This document shows, in pieces, positions 52,551 to 64,000 of a DNA stretch of 64,000 bases (positions within the stretch are counted from its first letter, which is position 1; the number at the start of each line of letters is the position of its first letter). The stretch is from Amphiscolops sp. MND2022. Its lineage: Eukaryota. The translations under genes and the position numbers were made by a program. Location of the stretch: assembly GCA_964187785.1 (NCBI GenBank), contig OZ076409.1, positions 23,314,001 to 23,378,000 on the forward strand. The letters run 5' to 3'. Under the pieces are notes generated by a model. That model did no database searches. It had not been told where the DNA came from and worked only from the letters and a program-made list of their open reading frames with translations.

Positions 52551-55500
52551 TCAGATTTGTTTTCGTGGTTTTCAATCTGTTTTCCGCTGATATATTTGAA
52601 AGTTCAGATTTTTTTTTTCGTAGTTTTCCGTCTGTTTTCCGCTGATATAGTTGAAAGTTCAGTTTTTTTTGTGGTTTTCGGTCTAATATATTTGAAAGTT
52701 CAGATTTGTTTTCGTGGTTTTCAAACTGGTTTCCGCTGATATATTTGAAAGTTCAGATTTTTTTCATAGTTTTCAGTCTGTTTTCCGCTGATATAATTAA
52801 AAGTTCAGATTTTTTGTGATTTTCAGTCTGTTTCCCGCTGATATATTCGAAAGTTCAGATTTTTTCCGTAGCTTTCAGTCTGTTTTCCGCTGATATATTT
52901 GAAAGTTCAGATTTTTTTCTGGTTTTCGATCTATTATATTTGAAAATTCACATTTGTTTTCGTGGTTTTCAGTCTGTTTTCCGCTGATATATTTGACAGT
53001 TCAGATTTTCTTCGTAGTTTTCAGTCTGTTTTCCTCTGATATATTTGAAATTTCAGATTCTTTTTGTGGTTTTCGGTCTAATATATTTGAAAGTTCAGAT
53101 TTGTTTTCGTGGTTTTCAGTCTGTTTTCCGCTGATATATTTGAAAGTTCAGATTGTTTTCTTGGTTTTCAGTCTGTTTTCCGCTGATATATTTAAAAGTT
53201 CAGTTTTTTTTCGTGGTTCTCAGTCTGTTTTCCGCTGATATATTTGAAAGTTCAGATTTTTTTGTGGTTTTCGATCTAATATTTTTGAAAGTTCAGATTT
53301 GTTTTCGTGGTTTTCAGTCTGTTTTCCGCTGATATATTTGAAAGTTCAGACTTTTGTCGTAGTTTTCAGTCTGTTTTCCGCTGATGTATTTAAAAGTTCA
53401 GATTTTTTTGTAGTTTTCAGTCTGTTTTCCGCTGATATGTTTGAAAGTTCAGATTTTTTGTGGTTTTCGGTCTAAAACATTTGAAAGTTCAGATTTTTTT
53501 CGCAGTTTTCAGTCTGTTTTCCGCTGATATAGTTGAAAGTTCAATTTTTTTTGTGGTTTTCGGTCTAATATATTTGAAAGTTCAGATTTGTTTTCGTGGT
53601 TTTCAGTCTGTTTTCCGCTGATATATTTAAAAGTTCAGATTTTTTTTCATAGTTTTCAGTCTGTTTTCCGCTGATATATTTAAAAGTTCAGATTTTTTTG
53701 CGATTTTCAGTCTGTTTTCCGCTGATATATTTGAAAGTTCAGGTTTTTTCCGTAGCTTTCAGTCTGTTTTCCGCTGATATATTTGAAAGTTCAGATTTTT
53801 TTGTGGTTTTTGATCTAATATATTTGAAAGTTCAGATTTGTTTTCGTGGTTTTCAGTCTGATTTCCGCTGATATATTTGACAGTTCAGATATTTTTCGTA
53901 GTTTTCAGTCTGTTTTCCTCTGATATATTTGAAAGTTCAGATTTTTTTGTGGTTTTCGGTCTAATTTATTTGAAAGTTCAGCTTTGTTTTCGTGGTTTTC
54001 AGTCTGTTTTCTGCTGATATATTTGAATGTTCAGATTTTTTTCTTGGTTTTCAGTCTGTTTTCCGCTGATATATTTAAAAGTTCAGTTTTTTTTCGTAGT
54101 TTTCAGTCTGTTTTCCGCTGATATATTTGAAAGTTCAGATTTTTTGTGGTTTTCGGTCTAATATATTTGAAAGTTCAGTTTTGTTTTCGTGGTTTTCAGT
54201 CTGTTTTCCGCTGATATATTTGAAAGTTCAGACTTTTGTCGTAGTTTTCAGTCTGTTTTCCGCTGATATATTTAAAAGTTCAGATTTTTTTGTAGTTTTC
54301 AGTCTGTTTTCCGCTGATAAATTTGAAAGTTCAGATTTTTTTGTGATTTTCAGTCTGTTTTCCGCTGATATCTTTGAAAGTTCAGATTTTTTCCGTAGCT
54401 TTCAGTCTGTTTTCCGCTGATATATTTGAAAGTTCAGATTTTTTTTGTGGTTTTCGGTCTAATGTATTTGAAAGTTCAGATTTGTTTTCGTGGTTTTCAG
54501 TCTGTTTTCCGCGGATATGTTTGAAAGTTCAGATTTTTTTCGTAGTTTTCAGTCTGTTTTCCGCTGATATATTTGAAATTTCAGATTTTTTTTGTGGTTT
54601 TCGGTCTAATATATTTGAAAGTTCAGATTTGTTTTCGTGGTTTTCAGTCTGTTTTCCGCTGATATATTTGAAAGTTCAGATTTTTTTTCGTAGTTTTCCG
54701 TCTGTTTTCTGCTGATATAGTTGAAAGTTCAGTTTTTTTGTGGTTTTCGGTCTAATATATTTGAAAGTTCAGATTTGTTTTCGTGGTTTTCAAACTGTTT
54801 TCCGCTGATATATTTGAAAGTTCAGATTTTTTTCATAGTTTTCAGTCTGTTTTCCGCTGATATAATTAAAAGTTCAGATTTTTTTGTGATTTTCAGTCTG
54901 TTTTCCGCTGATATATTCGAAAGTTCAGATTTTTTCCGTAGCTTTCAGTCTGTTTTCCGCTGATATATTTGAAAGTTCAGATTTTTTTTTGTGGTTTTCG
55001 ATCTATTATATTTGAAAGTTCAGATTTGTTTTCGTGGTTTTCAGTCTGTTTTCCGCTGATATATTTGACAGTTCAGATTTTCTTCGTAGTTTTCAGTCTG
55101 TTTTCCTCTGATATATTTGAAATTTCAGATTCTTTTTGTGGTTTTCGGTCTAATATATTTGAAAGTTCAGATTTGTTTTCGTGGTTTTCAGTCTGTTTTC
55201 CGCTGATATATTTGAAAGTTCAGATTTTTTTCTTGGTTTTCAGTCTGTTTTCCGCTGATATATTTAAAAGTTCAGTTTTTTTCGTGGTTCTCAGTCTGTT
55301 TTCCGCTGATATATTTGAAAGTTCAGATTTTTTTGTGGTTTTCGGTCTAAAACATTTGAAAGTTCAGATTTTTTTCGCAGTTTTCAGTCTGTTTTCCGCT
55401 GATATAGTTGAAAGTTCAATTTTTTTTGTGGTTTTCGGTCTATTATATTTGAAAGTTCAGATTTGTTTTCGTGGTTTTCAGTCTGTTTTCCGCTGATATA

Positions 55501-58259
55501 TTTGAAAGTTTAGATTTTTTTCTTAGTTTTCAGTCTGTTTTCCGCTGATATATTTAAAAGTTCAGATTTTTTTGCGATTTTAAGTCTGTTTTCCGCTGAT
55601 ATATTTGAAAGTTCAGGTTTTTCCGTAGTTTTCTGTCTGTTTTCCGCTGATATATTTGAAAGTTCAGATTTTTTTGTGGTTTTTGATCTAATATATTTGA
55701 AAGTTCAGATTTGTTTTCGTGGTTTTCAGTCTGATTTCCGCTGATATATTTGACAGTTCAGATATTTTTCGTAGTTTTCAGTCTGTTTTCCTCTGATATA
55801 TTTGAAAGTTCAGATTTTTTTGTGGTTTTCGGTCTAATTTATTTGAAAGTTTAGATTTTTTTCGCAGTTTTCAGTCTGTTTTCCGCTGATATAGTTGAAA
55901 GTTCAGTTTTTTTTGTGGTTTTCGGTCTAATATATTTGAAAGTTCAGCTTTGTTTTCGTGGTTTTCAGTCTGTTTTCCGCTGATATATTTGAAAGTTCAG
56001 ATTTTTTTTTCATAGTTTTCAGTCTGTTTTCCGCTGATATATTTAAAAGTTCAGATTTTTTTGCGATTTTCAGTCTGTTTTCCGCTGATATATTTGAAAG
56101 TTCAGGTTTTTTCCGTAGCTTTCAGTCTGTTTTCCGCTGATATATTTGAAAGTTCAGATTTTTTGTGGTCTTCGATCTAATATATTTGAAAGTTCAGATT
56201 TGTTTTCGTGGTTTTCAGTCTGTTTTCCGCTGATAAATTTGACAGTTCAGATATTTTTCGTAGTTTTCAGTCTGTTTTCCTCTGATATATTTGAAAGTTC
56301 AGATTTTTTTTGTGGTTTTCGGTCTAATATATTTGAAAGTTCAGATTTGTTTTCGTGGTTTTCAGTCTGTTTTCTGCTGATATATTTGAATGATCAGATT
56401 TTTTTCTTGGTTTTCAGTCTGTTTTCCGCTGATATATTTAAAAGTTCAGTTTTTTTTCGTAGTTTTCAGTCTGTTTTCCGCTGATATATTTGAAAGTTCA
56501 GATTTTTTTGTGGTTTTCGGTCTAATATTTTTGAACGTTCAGATTTGTTTTCGTGGTTTTCAGTCTGTTTTCCGCTGATATATTTGAAAGTTCAGACTTT
56601 TGTCGTAGTTTTCAGTCTGTTTTCCGCTGATATATTTGAAAGTTCAGATTTTTTTTGTGGTTTTCGGTCTAATATATTTGAAAGTTCAGATTTGTTTTCG
56701 TGGTTTTCAGTCTTTTTTCCGCTGATATGTTTAAATGTTCAGATTTTTTCGTAGTTTTCAGTCTGTTTTCCGCTGATATATTTGAAAGTTCAGATTTTTT
56801 TTGTGGTTTTCGGTCTAATATATTTGAAAGTTCAGATTTTTTTGTCGTAGTTTTCAGTCTGTTTTCCGCTGATAAATTTGAAAGTTCAGATTTGTTTTCG
56901 TGCTTTTCAGTCTGTTTTCCGCTGATATATTTGAAAGTTCAGACTTTTGTCGTAGTTTTCAGTCTGTTTTCCGCTGATATATTTGAAAGTTCAGATTTTT
57001 TTGTGGTTTTCGGTCTAACATCTTTGAAAGTTCAGATTTGTTTTCGTGGTTTTCAGTCTGTTTTCCGCTGATATATTTAAAAGTTCAGATTTTTTTGTAG
57101 TTTTCAGTCTGTTTTCCGCTGATATGTTTGAGAATTCAGATTTTTTTGTGGTTTTCGGTCTAAAACATTTGAAAGTTCAGATTTTTTTTCGTAGTTTTCA
57201 GTCTGTCTGTTTTCCGCTGATATATTTGAAAGTTCAGATTTTTTCGTAGTTTTCAGTCTGTTTTCCGCTGATATATTTGAGAGTTCAGATTTGTTTTCGT
57301 GGTTTTCAGTCTGTTTTTCGCTGATATATTTGAAAGTTCAGACTTTTTTTCGTAGTTTTCAGTCTGTTTTCCGCTGATATATTTGAAAGTTCAGATTTTT
57401 TTTGTGGTTTTCGGTTTAATATATTTGAAAGTTCAGATTTTTTTTCGTAGTTTTCAGTCTGTTTTCCGCTGATAAATTTGAAAGTTCAGATTTTTTTCGT
57501 AGTTTTCAGTCTGTTTTCCGCTGATATATTTGAAAGTTCAGATTTTTTTGTAGTTTTCAGTCTGTTTTCCGCTGATATGTTTGAAAGTTCAGATTTTTTT
57601 GTGGTTTTCGGTCTAATATATTTGAAAGTTCAGATTTTTTTTCGTGGTTTTCAGTCTGTTTTCCGCTGATATATTTAAAAGTTCAGATTTTTTTGTAGTT
57701 TTCAGTCTGTTTTCCGCTGATATGTTTGAGAATTCAGATTTTTTTGTGGTTTTCGGTCTAAAACATTTGAAAGTTCAGATTTTTTTTCGTAGTTTTCAGT
57801 CTGTCTGTTTTCCGCTGATATATTCGAAAGTTCAGACTTTTTTTCGTAGTTTTCAGTCTGTTTTCCGCTGATATATTTGAAAGTTCATATTTTTTTGTGG
57901 TTTTCGGTCTAAAAAATTTGAAAGTTCAGATTTTTTTTCGTAGTTTTCAGTCTGTTTTCCGCTGATATATTTGAAAGTTCAGACTTTTTTTGTAGTTTTC
58001 AGTCTGTTTTCCGCTGATATATTTGAAAGTTCAGATTTTTTTGTGGTTTTCGGTCTAATATATTTGAAAGTTCAGATTTTTTTTCGTAGTTTTCAGTCTG
58101 TTTTCCGCTGATAAATTTGAAAGTTCAGATTTTTTTTCGTAGTTTTCAGTCTGTTTTCCGCTGATATATTTGAAAGTTCAGACTTTTTTTCGTAGTTTTC
58201 AGTCTGTTTTCCGCTGATATATTTGAAAGTTCAGATTTTTTTTGTGGTTTTCGGTCTAA

Positions 58260-61200
58260 TATATTTGAAAGTTCAGATTTTTTTTTCGTAGTTTTCAGCC
58301 TGTTTTCCGCTGATAAATTTGAAAGTTCAGATTTTTTTCGTAGTTTTCAGTCTGTTTTCCGCTGATATAATTGAAAGTTCAGATTTTTTTGTAGTTTTCA
58401 GTCTGTTTTCCGCTGATATATTTGAAGTTCAGATTTTTTTTGTGGTTTTCGGTCTAATATATTTGAAAGTTCAGATTTTTTTGTCGTAGTTTTCAGTCTG
58501 TTTTCCGCTGATAAATTTGAAAGTTCAGATTTGTTTTCGTGGTTTTCAGTCTGTCTGTTTTCCGCTGATATATTTGAAAGTTCAGATTTTTTCGTAGTTT
58601 TCAGTCTGTTTTCCGCTGATATATTTGAGAGTTCAGATTTGTTTTCGTGGTTTTCAGTCTGTTTTCCGCTGATATATTTGAAAGTTCAGACTTTTTTCGT
58701 GGTTTTCAGTCTGTTTTCCGCTGATATATTTGAAAGTTCAGATTTTTTTGTGGTTTTCGGTCTAATATTTTTGAAAGTTCAGATTTTTTTTTCGTAGTTT
58801 TCAGTCTGTTTTCCGCTGATAAATTTGAAAGTTCAGATTTTTTTCGTAGTTTTCAGTCTGTTTTCCGCTGATATATTTGAAAGTTCAGATTTTTTTGTAG
58901 TTTTCAGTCTGTTTTCCGCTGATATGTTTGAAAGTTCAGATTTTTTTGTGGTTTTCGGTCTAAAAAATTTGAAAGTTCAGATTTTTTTTCGTAGTTTTCA
59001 GTCTGTTTTCCGCTGATATATTTGAAAGTTCAGACTTTTTTTCGTAGTTTTCAGTCTGTTTTCCGCTGATATATTTGAAAGTTCAGATTTTTTTGTGGTT
59101 TTCGGTCTAATATATTTGAAAGTTCAGATTTTTTTTTCGTAGTTTTCAGTCTGTTTTCCGCTGATAAATTTGAAAGTTCAGATTTTTTTCGTAGTTTTCA
59201 GTCTGTTTTCCGCTGATATATTTGAAAGTTCAGATTTTTTTGTAGTTTTCAGTCTGTTTTCCGCTGATATGTTTGAAAGTTCAGATTTTTTTGTGGTTTT
59301 CGGTCTAAAAAATTTGAAAGTTCAGATTTTTTTTCGTAGTTTTCAGTCTGTTTTCCGCTGATAAATTTAAAAGTTCAGATTTTTTTCGTAGTTTTCAGTC
59401 TGTTTTCCGCTGATATATTTGAAAGTTCAGATTTTTTTGTGATTTTCAGTCTGTTTTCCGCTGATATGTTTGAAATTTCAGATTTTTTTGTTGTTTTCAG
59501 TCTGTTTTCCGCTGATGTATTTGAAAGTTCAGATTTTTTTGGTTTTCGGTCTAAAATATTTGAAAGTTCAGATTTGTTTTCGTGGTTTTCAGTCTGTTTT
59601 CCGCTGATATATTTGAAATTTCAGATTTTTTTCGTAGTTTTCAGTCTGTTTTCCGCTGATATAGTTGAAAGTTCAGATTTTTTTGTGGTTTTCGGTCTAA
59701 TATATTTGAAAGTTCAGATTTGTTTTCGTGGTTTTCAGTCTGTTTTCCGCTGATATATTTGAAAGTTCAGATTTTTTTCGTAGTTTTCAGTCTGTTTTCC
59801 GCTGATATATTTGAAAGTTCAGATTTTTTTGTGATTTTCAGTCTGTTTTCCGCTGATAAATTTAAAAGTTCAGATTTTTTTCGTAGTTTTCAGTCTGTTT
59901 TCCGCTGATATATTTGAAAGTTCAGACTTTTTTTCGTAGTTTTCAGTCTGTTTTCCGCTGATATATTTGAAAGTTCATATTTTTTTTGTGGTTTTCGGTC
60001 TAAAAAATTTGAAAGTTCAGATTTTTTTTCGTAGTTTTCAGTCTGTTTTCCGCTGATATATTTGAAAGTTCAGATTTTTTTTTCGTAGTTTTCAGCCTGT
60101 TTTCCGCTGATAAATTTGAAAGTTCAGATTTTTTTCGTAGTTTTCAGTCTGTTTTCCGCTGATATAATTGAAAGTTCAGATTTTTTTGTAGTTTTCAGTC
60201 TGTTTTCCGCTGATATATTTGAAAGTTCAGATTTTTTTTGTGGTTTTCGGTCTAATATATTTGAAAGTTCAGATTTTTTTGTCGTAGTTTTCAGTCTGTT
60301 TTCCGCTGATAAATTTGAAAGTTCAGATTTGTTTTCGTGGTTTTCAGTCTGTCTGTTTTCCGCTGATATATTTGAAAGTTCAGATTTTTTCGTAGTTTTC
60401 AGTCTGTTTTCCGCTGATATATTTGAGAGTTCAGATTTGTTTTCGTGGTTTTCAGTCTGTTTTCCGCTGATATATTTGAAAGTTCAGACTTTTTTCGTGG
60501 TTTTCAGTCTGTTTTCCGCTGATATATTTGAAAGTTCAGATTTTTTTTGTGGTTTTCGGTCTAATATTTTTGAAAGTTCAGATTTTTTTTTCGTAGTTTT
60601 CAGTCTGTTTTCCGCTGATAAATTTGAAAGTTCAGATTTTTTTCGTAGTTTTCAGTCTGTTTTCCGCTGATATATTTGAAAGTTCAGATTTTTTTGTAGT
60701 TTTCAGTCTGTTTTCCGCTGATATGTTTGAAAGTTCAGATTTTTTTTGTGGTTTTCGGTCTAAAAAATTTGAAAGTTCAGATTTTTTTTCGTAGTTTTCA
60801 GTCTGTTTTCCGCTGATATATTTGAAAGTTCAGACTTTTTTTCGTAGTTTTCAGTCTGTTTTCCGCTGATATATTTGAAAGTTCAGATTTTTTTGTGGTT
60901 TTCGGTCTAATATATTTGAAAGTTCAGATTTTTTTTTTCGTAGTTTTCAGTCTGTTTTCCGCTGATAAATTTGAAAGTTCAGATTTTTTTCGTAGTTTTC
61001 AGTCTGTTTTCCGCTGATATATTTGAAAGTTCAGATTTTTTTGTAGTTTTCAGTCTGTTTTCCGCTGATATGTTTGAAAGTTCAGATTTTTTTGTGGTTT
61101 TCGGTCTAAAAAATTTGAAAGTTCAGATTTTTTTTCGTAGTTTTCAGTCTGTTTTCCGCTGATAAATTTAAAAGTTCAGATTTTTTTCGTAGTTTTCAGT

Positions 61201-62800
61201 CTGTTTTCCGCTGATATATTTGAAAGTTCAGATTTTTTTGTGATTTTCAGTCTGTTTTCCGCTGATATGTTTGAAATTTCAGATTTTTTCGTTGTTTTCA
61301 GTCTGTTTTCCGCTGATGTATTTGAAAGTTCAGATTTTTTTTGGTTTTCGGTCTAAAATATTTGAAAGTTCAGATTTGTTTTCGTGGTTTTCAGTCTGTT
61401 TTCCGCTGATATATTTGAAATTTCAGATTTTTTTCGTAGTTTTCAGTCTGTTTTCCGCTGATATAGTTGAAAGGTCAGATTTTTTTGTGGTTTTCGGTCT
61501 AATATATTTGAAAGTTCAGATTTGTTTTCGTGGTTTTCAGTCTGTTTTCCGCTGATATATTTGAAAGTTCAGATTTTTTTCGTAGTTTTCAGTCTGTTTT
61601 CCGCTGATATATTTGAAAGTTCAGATTTTTTTGTGATTTTCAGTCTGTTTTCCGCTGATATATTTGAGAGTTCAGATTTTTTCCGTAGCTTTCAGTCTGT
61701 TTTCGTTGATATATTTGAAAGTTCAGATTTTTTTTGTGGTTTTCTGTCTAATATATTTGAAAGTTCAGATTTTTTTTTCGTAGTTTTCAGTCTGTTTTCC
61801 GCTGATAAATTTGAAAGTTCAGATTTTTTTCGTAGTTTTCAGTCTGTTTTCCGCTGATATATTTGAAAGTTCAGATTTTTTTGTAGTTTTCAGTCTGTTT
61901 TCCGCTGATATGTTTGAAAGTTCAGATTTTTTTGTGGTTTTCGGTCTAAAAAATTTGAAAGTTCAGATTTTTTTTTCGTAGTTTTCAGTCTGTTTTCCGC
62001 TGATAAATTTAAAAGTTCAGATTTTTTTCGTAGTTTTCAGTCTGTTTTCCGCTGATATATTTGAAAGTTCAGATTTTTTTGTGATTTTCAGTCTGTTTTC
62101 CGCTGATATGTTTGAAATTTCAGATTTTTTCGTTGTTTTCAGTCTGTTTTCCGCTGATGTATTTGAAAGTTCAGATTTTTTTTGGTTTTCGGTCTAAAAT
62201 ATTTGAAAGTTCAGATTTGTTTTCGTGGTTTTCAGTCTGTTTTCCGCTGATATATTTGAAATTTCAGATTTTTTTCGTAGTTTTCAGTCTGTTTTCCGCT
62301 GATATAGTTGAAAGTTCAGATTTTCTTGTGGTTTTCGGTCTAATATATTTGAAAGTTCAGATTTGTTTTCGTGGTTTTCAGTCTGTTTTCCGCTGATATA
62401 TTTGAAAGTTCAGATTTTTTTCGTAGTTTTCAGTCTGTTTTCCGCTGATATATTTGAAAGTTCAGATTTTTTTGTGATTTTCAGTCTGTTTTCCGCTGAT
62501 ATATTTGAAAGTTCAGATTTTTTCCGTAGCTTTCAGTCTGTTTTCGTTGATATATTTGAAAGTTCAGATTTTTTTTGTGGTTTTCGGTCTAATATATTTG
62601 AAAGTTCAGATTTTTTTTCGTAGTTTTCAGTCTGTTTTCCGCTGATAAATTTGAAAGTTCAGATTTTTTTCGTAGTTTTCAGTCTGTTTTCCGCTGATAT
62701 ATTTGAAAGCTCAGATTTTTTTGTAGTTTTCAGTCTGTTTTCCGCTGATATGTTTGAAAGTTCAAATTTTTTTGTGGTTTTCGGTCTAAAAAATTTGAAA
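58260..62800 (+). repeat. ~1.8-kb duplication followed by an 841-bp tandem duplication
   Basis: CAGCCTG at 58296/60093; GTCTGTCTG at 58549/60347; ORF pairs 59170/60971, 59720/61522, 61271/62112 and 61522/62363. Confidence 0.82.
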
Positions 62801-64000
62801 GTTCAGATTTTTTTTCGTAGTTTTCAGTCTGTTTTCCGCTGATATATTTGAAAGTTCAGACTTTTTTTCGTAGTTTTCAGTCTGTTTTCCGCTGATATAT
62901 TTGAAAGTTCAGATTTTTTTTGTGGTTTTCGGTCTAATATATTTGAAAGTTCAGATTTTTTTTTCGTAGTTTTCAGTCTGTTTTCCGCTGATAAATTTGA
63001 AAGTTCAGATTTTTTTCGTAGTTTTCAGTCTGTTTTCGGCTGATATATTTGAAAGTTCAGATTTTTTTGTAGTTTTCAGTCTGTTTTCCGCTGATATGTT
63101 TGAAAGTTCAGATTTTTTTTGTGGTTTTCGGTCTAAAAAATTTGAAAGTTCAGATTTTTTTTCGTAGTTTTCAGTCTGTTTTCCGCTGATAAATTTAAAA
63201 GTTCAGATTTTTTTCGTAGTTTTCAGTCTGTTTTCCGCTGATATATTTGAAAGTTCAGATTTTTTTGTGATTTTCAGTCTGTTTTCCGCTGATATGTTTG
63301 AAAGTTCAGATTTTTTTGTGGTTTTCGGTCTAAAAAATTTGAAAGTTCAGATTTTTTTCGTAGTTTTCAGATTATTTTCCGCTAATATATTTGAAAGTTC
63401 AGTTTTTTTTTCGTAGTTTTCAGTCTGTTTTCCGGTGATATATTTGAAAGTTCAGATTTGTTTTTGTGGTTTTCAGTCTGTTTTCCGCTGAAATATTTGA
63501 AAGTTCAGGTTTTTTTGTAGTTTTCAGTCTGTTTTCCGCTGATATGTTTGAAAGTTCAGATTTTTTTGTGGTTTCCGGTCTAAAAAATTTGAAAGTTCAG
63601 ATTTTTTTTCGTAGTTTTCAGTCTGTTTTCCGCTGATAAATTTGAAAGTTCAGATTTTTTTCGTAGTTTTCAGTCTGTTTTCCGCTGATATATTCGAAAG
63701 TTCTGATTTTTTGTGATTTTCAGTCTGTTTTCCGCTGATATGTTGAAAGTTTAGATTTTTTTCGTAGTTTTCAGTCTGTTTTCCGCTGATATATTTGAAA
63801 GTTCAGATTTTTTTGTGGTTTTCGGTCTAATATATTTGAAAGTTCAGATTTGTTTTTGTGGTTTTCAGTCTGTTTTCCGCTGATATATTTGAAAGTTCAG
63901 ATTTTTTTGTGGTTTTCGGTCTAATATGTTTGAAAGTTCAGATTTGTTTTCGTGGTTTTCAGTCTGCTTTCCGCTGATATATTTGAAAATTCAGATTTTT

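Larger units (their letters stand above)
1..64000 (+). repeat. Tandem satellite DNA array of ~52-bp (L) and ~41-42-bp (S) monomers, single orientation, open at both window ends
   Basis: The core TTTGAAAGTTCAGATTT (or a close variant) recurs every 41-53 bp from start to end. A typical 52-mer has 26 T, 10 A, 9 G, 7 C (~31% GC). No unique sequence apart from the two insertions. Family and species not recognised. Confidence 0.99.

Noticed and set aside
45..62842. Numerous + strand ORFs encoding F/S/V-rich, membrane-like peptides (FSLFSADIFESSDFF, WFSVCFPLIYLKVQIF)
   Set aside because: They are the three frames of the T-rich monomer; frames switch with T-tract length, most starts are TTG/GTG, and frame is not conserved between monomers.
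1..64000. CRISPR-like repeat/spacer periodicity
   Set aside because: No unique spacers (the intervening sequence is itself repeated), no leader and no cas genes.
1..64000. T-tract length variation (about T5-T10) as an encoded signal
   Set aside because: Indistinguishable from slippage or homopolymer sequencing error; otherwise identical duplicate blocks differ by single T's.
1..64000. Assignment to a named satellite family, telomeric repeat or species
   Set aside because: I do not recognise the monomer; this needs a search against Dfam/Repbase/nt.

Overview
The whole 64 kb window is one head-to-tail satellite DNA array, probably eukaryotic heterochromatin, which runs off both ends. It contains no credible genes, RNA genes, transposons or CRISPR. 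It is built from two related monomers: a long one (L, 51-53 bp, e.g. GAAAGTTCAGATTTTTTTCGTAGTTTTCAGTCTGTTTTCCGCTGATATATTT) and a short one (S, 41-42 bp, e.g. GAAAGTTCAGATTTTTTTGTGGTTTTCGGTCTAATATATTT), roughly 1,200-1,300 monomers by estimate. All are in one orientation, and the + strand is about 50% T. All listed ORFs are artefacts of the repeat. The internal structure is the interesting part. L and S differ by one ~10-bp GTTTTC subunit, so T-tract phasing is preserved. A 146-bp S-L-L trimer is tandemly repeated. Nested local duplications of 0.2-2.5 kb occur throughout, and diagnostic variants define successive domains along the array. The only break in the satellite is a ~110-bp insertion, present twice, stitched from forward and reverse-complement fragments of the monomer itself, which resembles a templated DNA-repair scar. 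Coordinates and offsets were read by eye; duplication boundaries are approximate.
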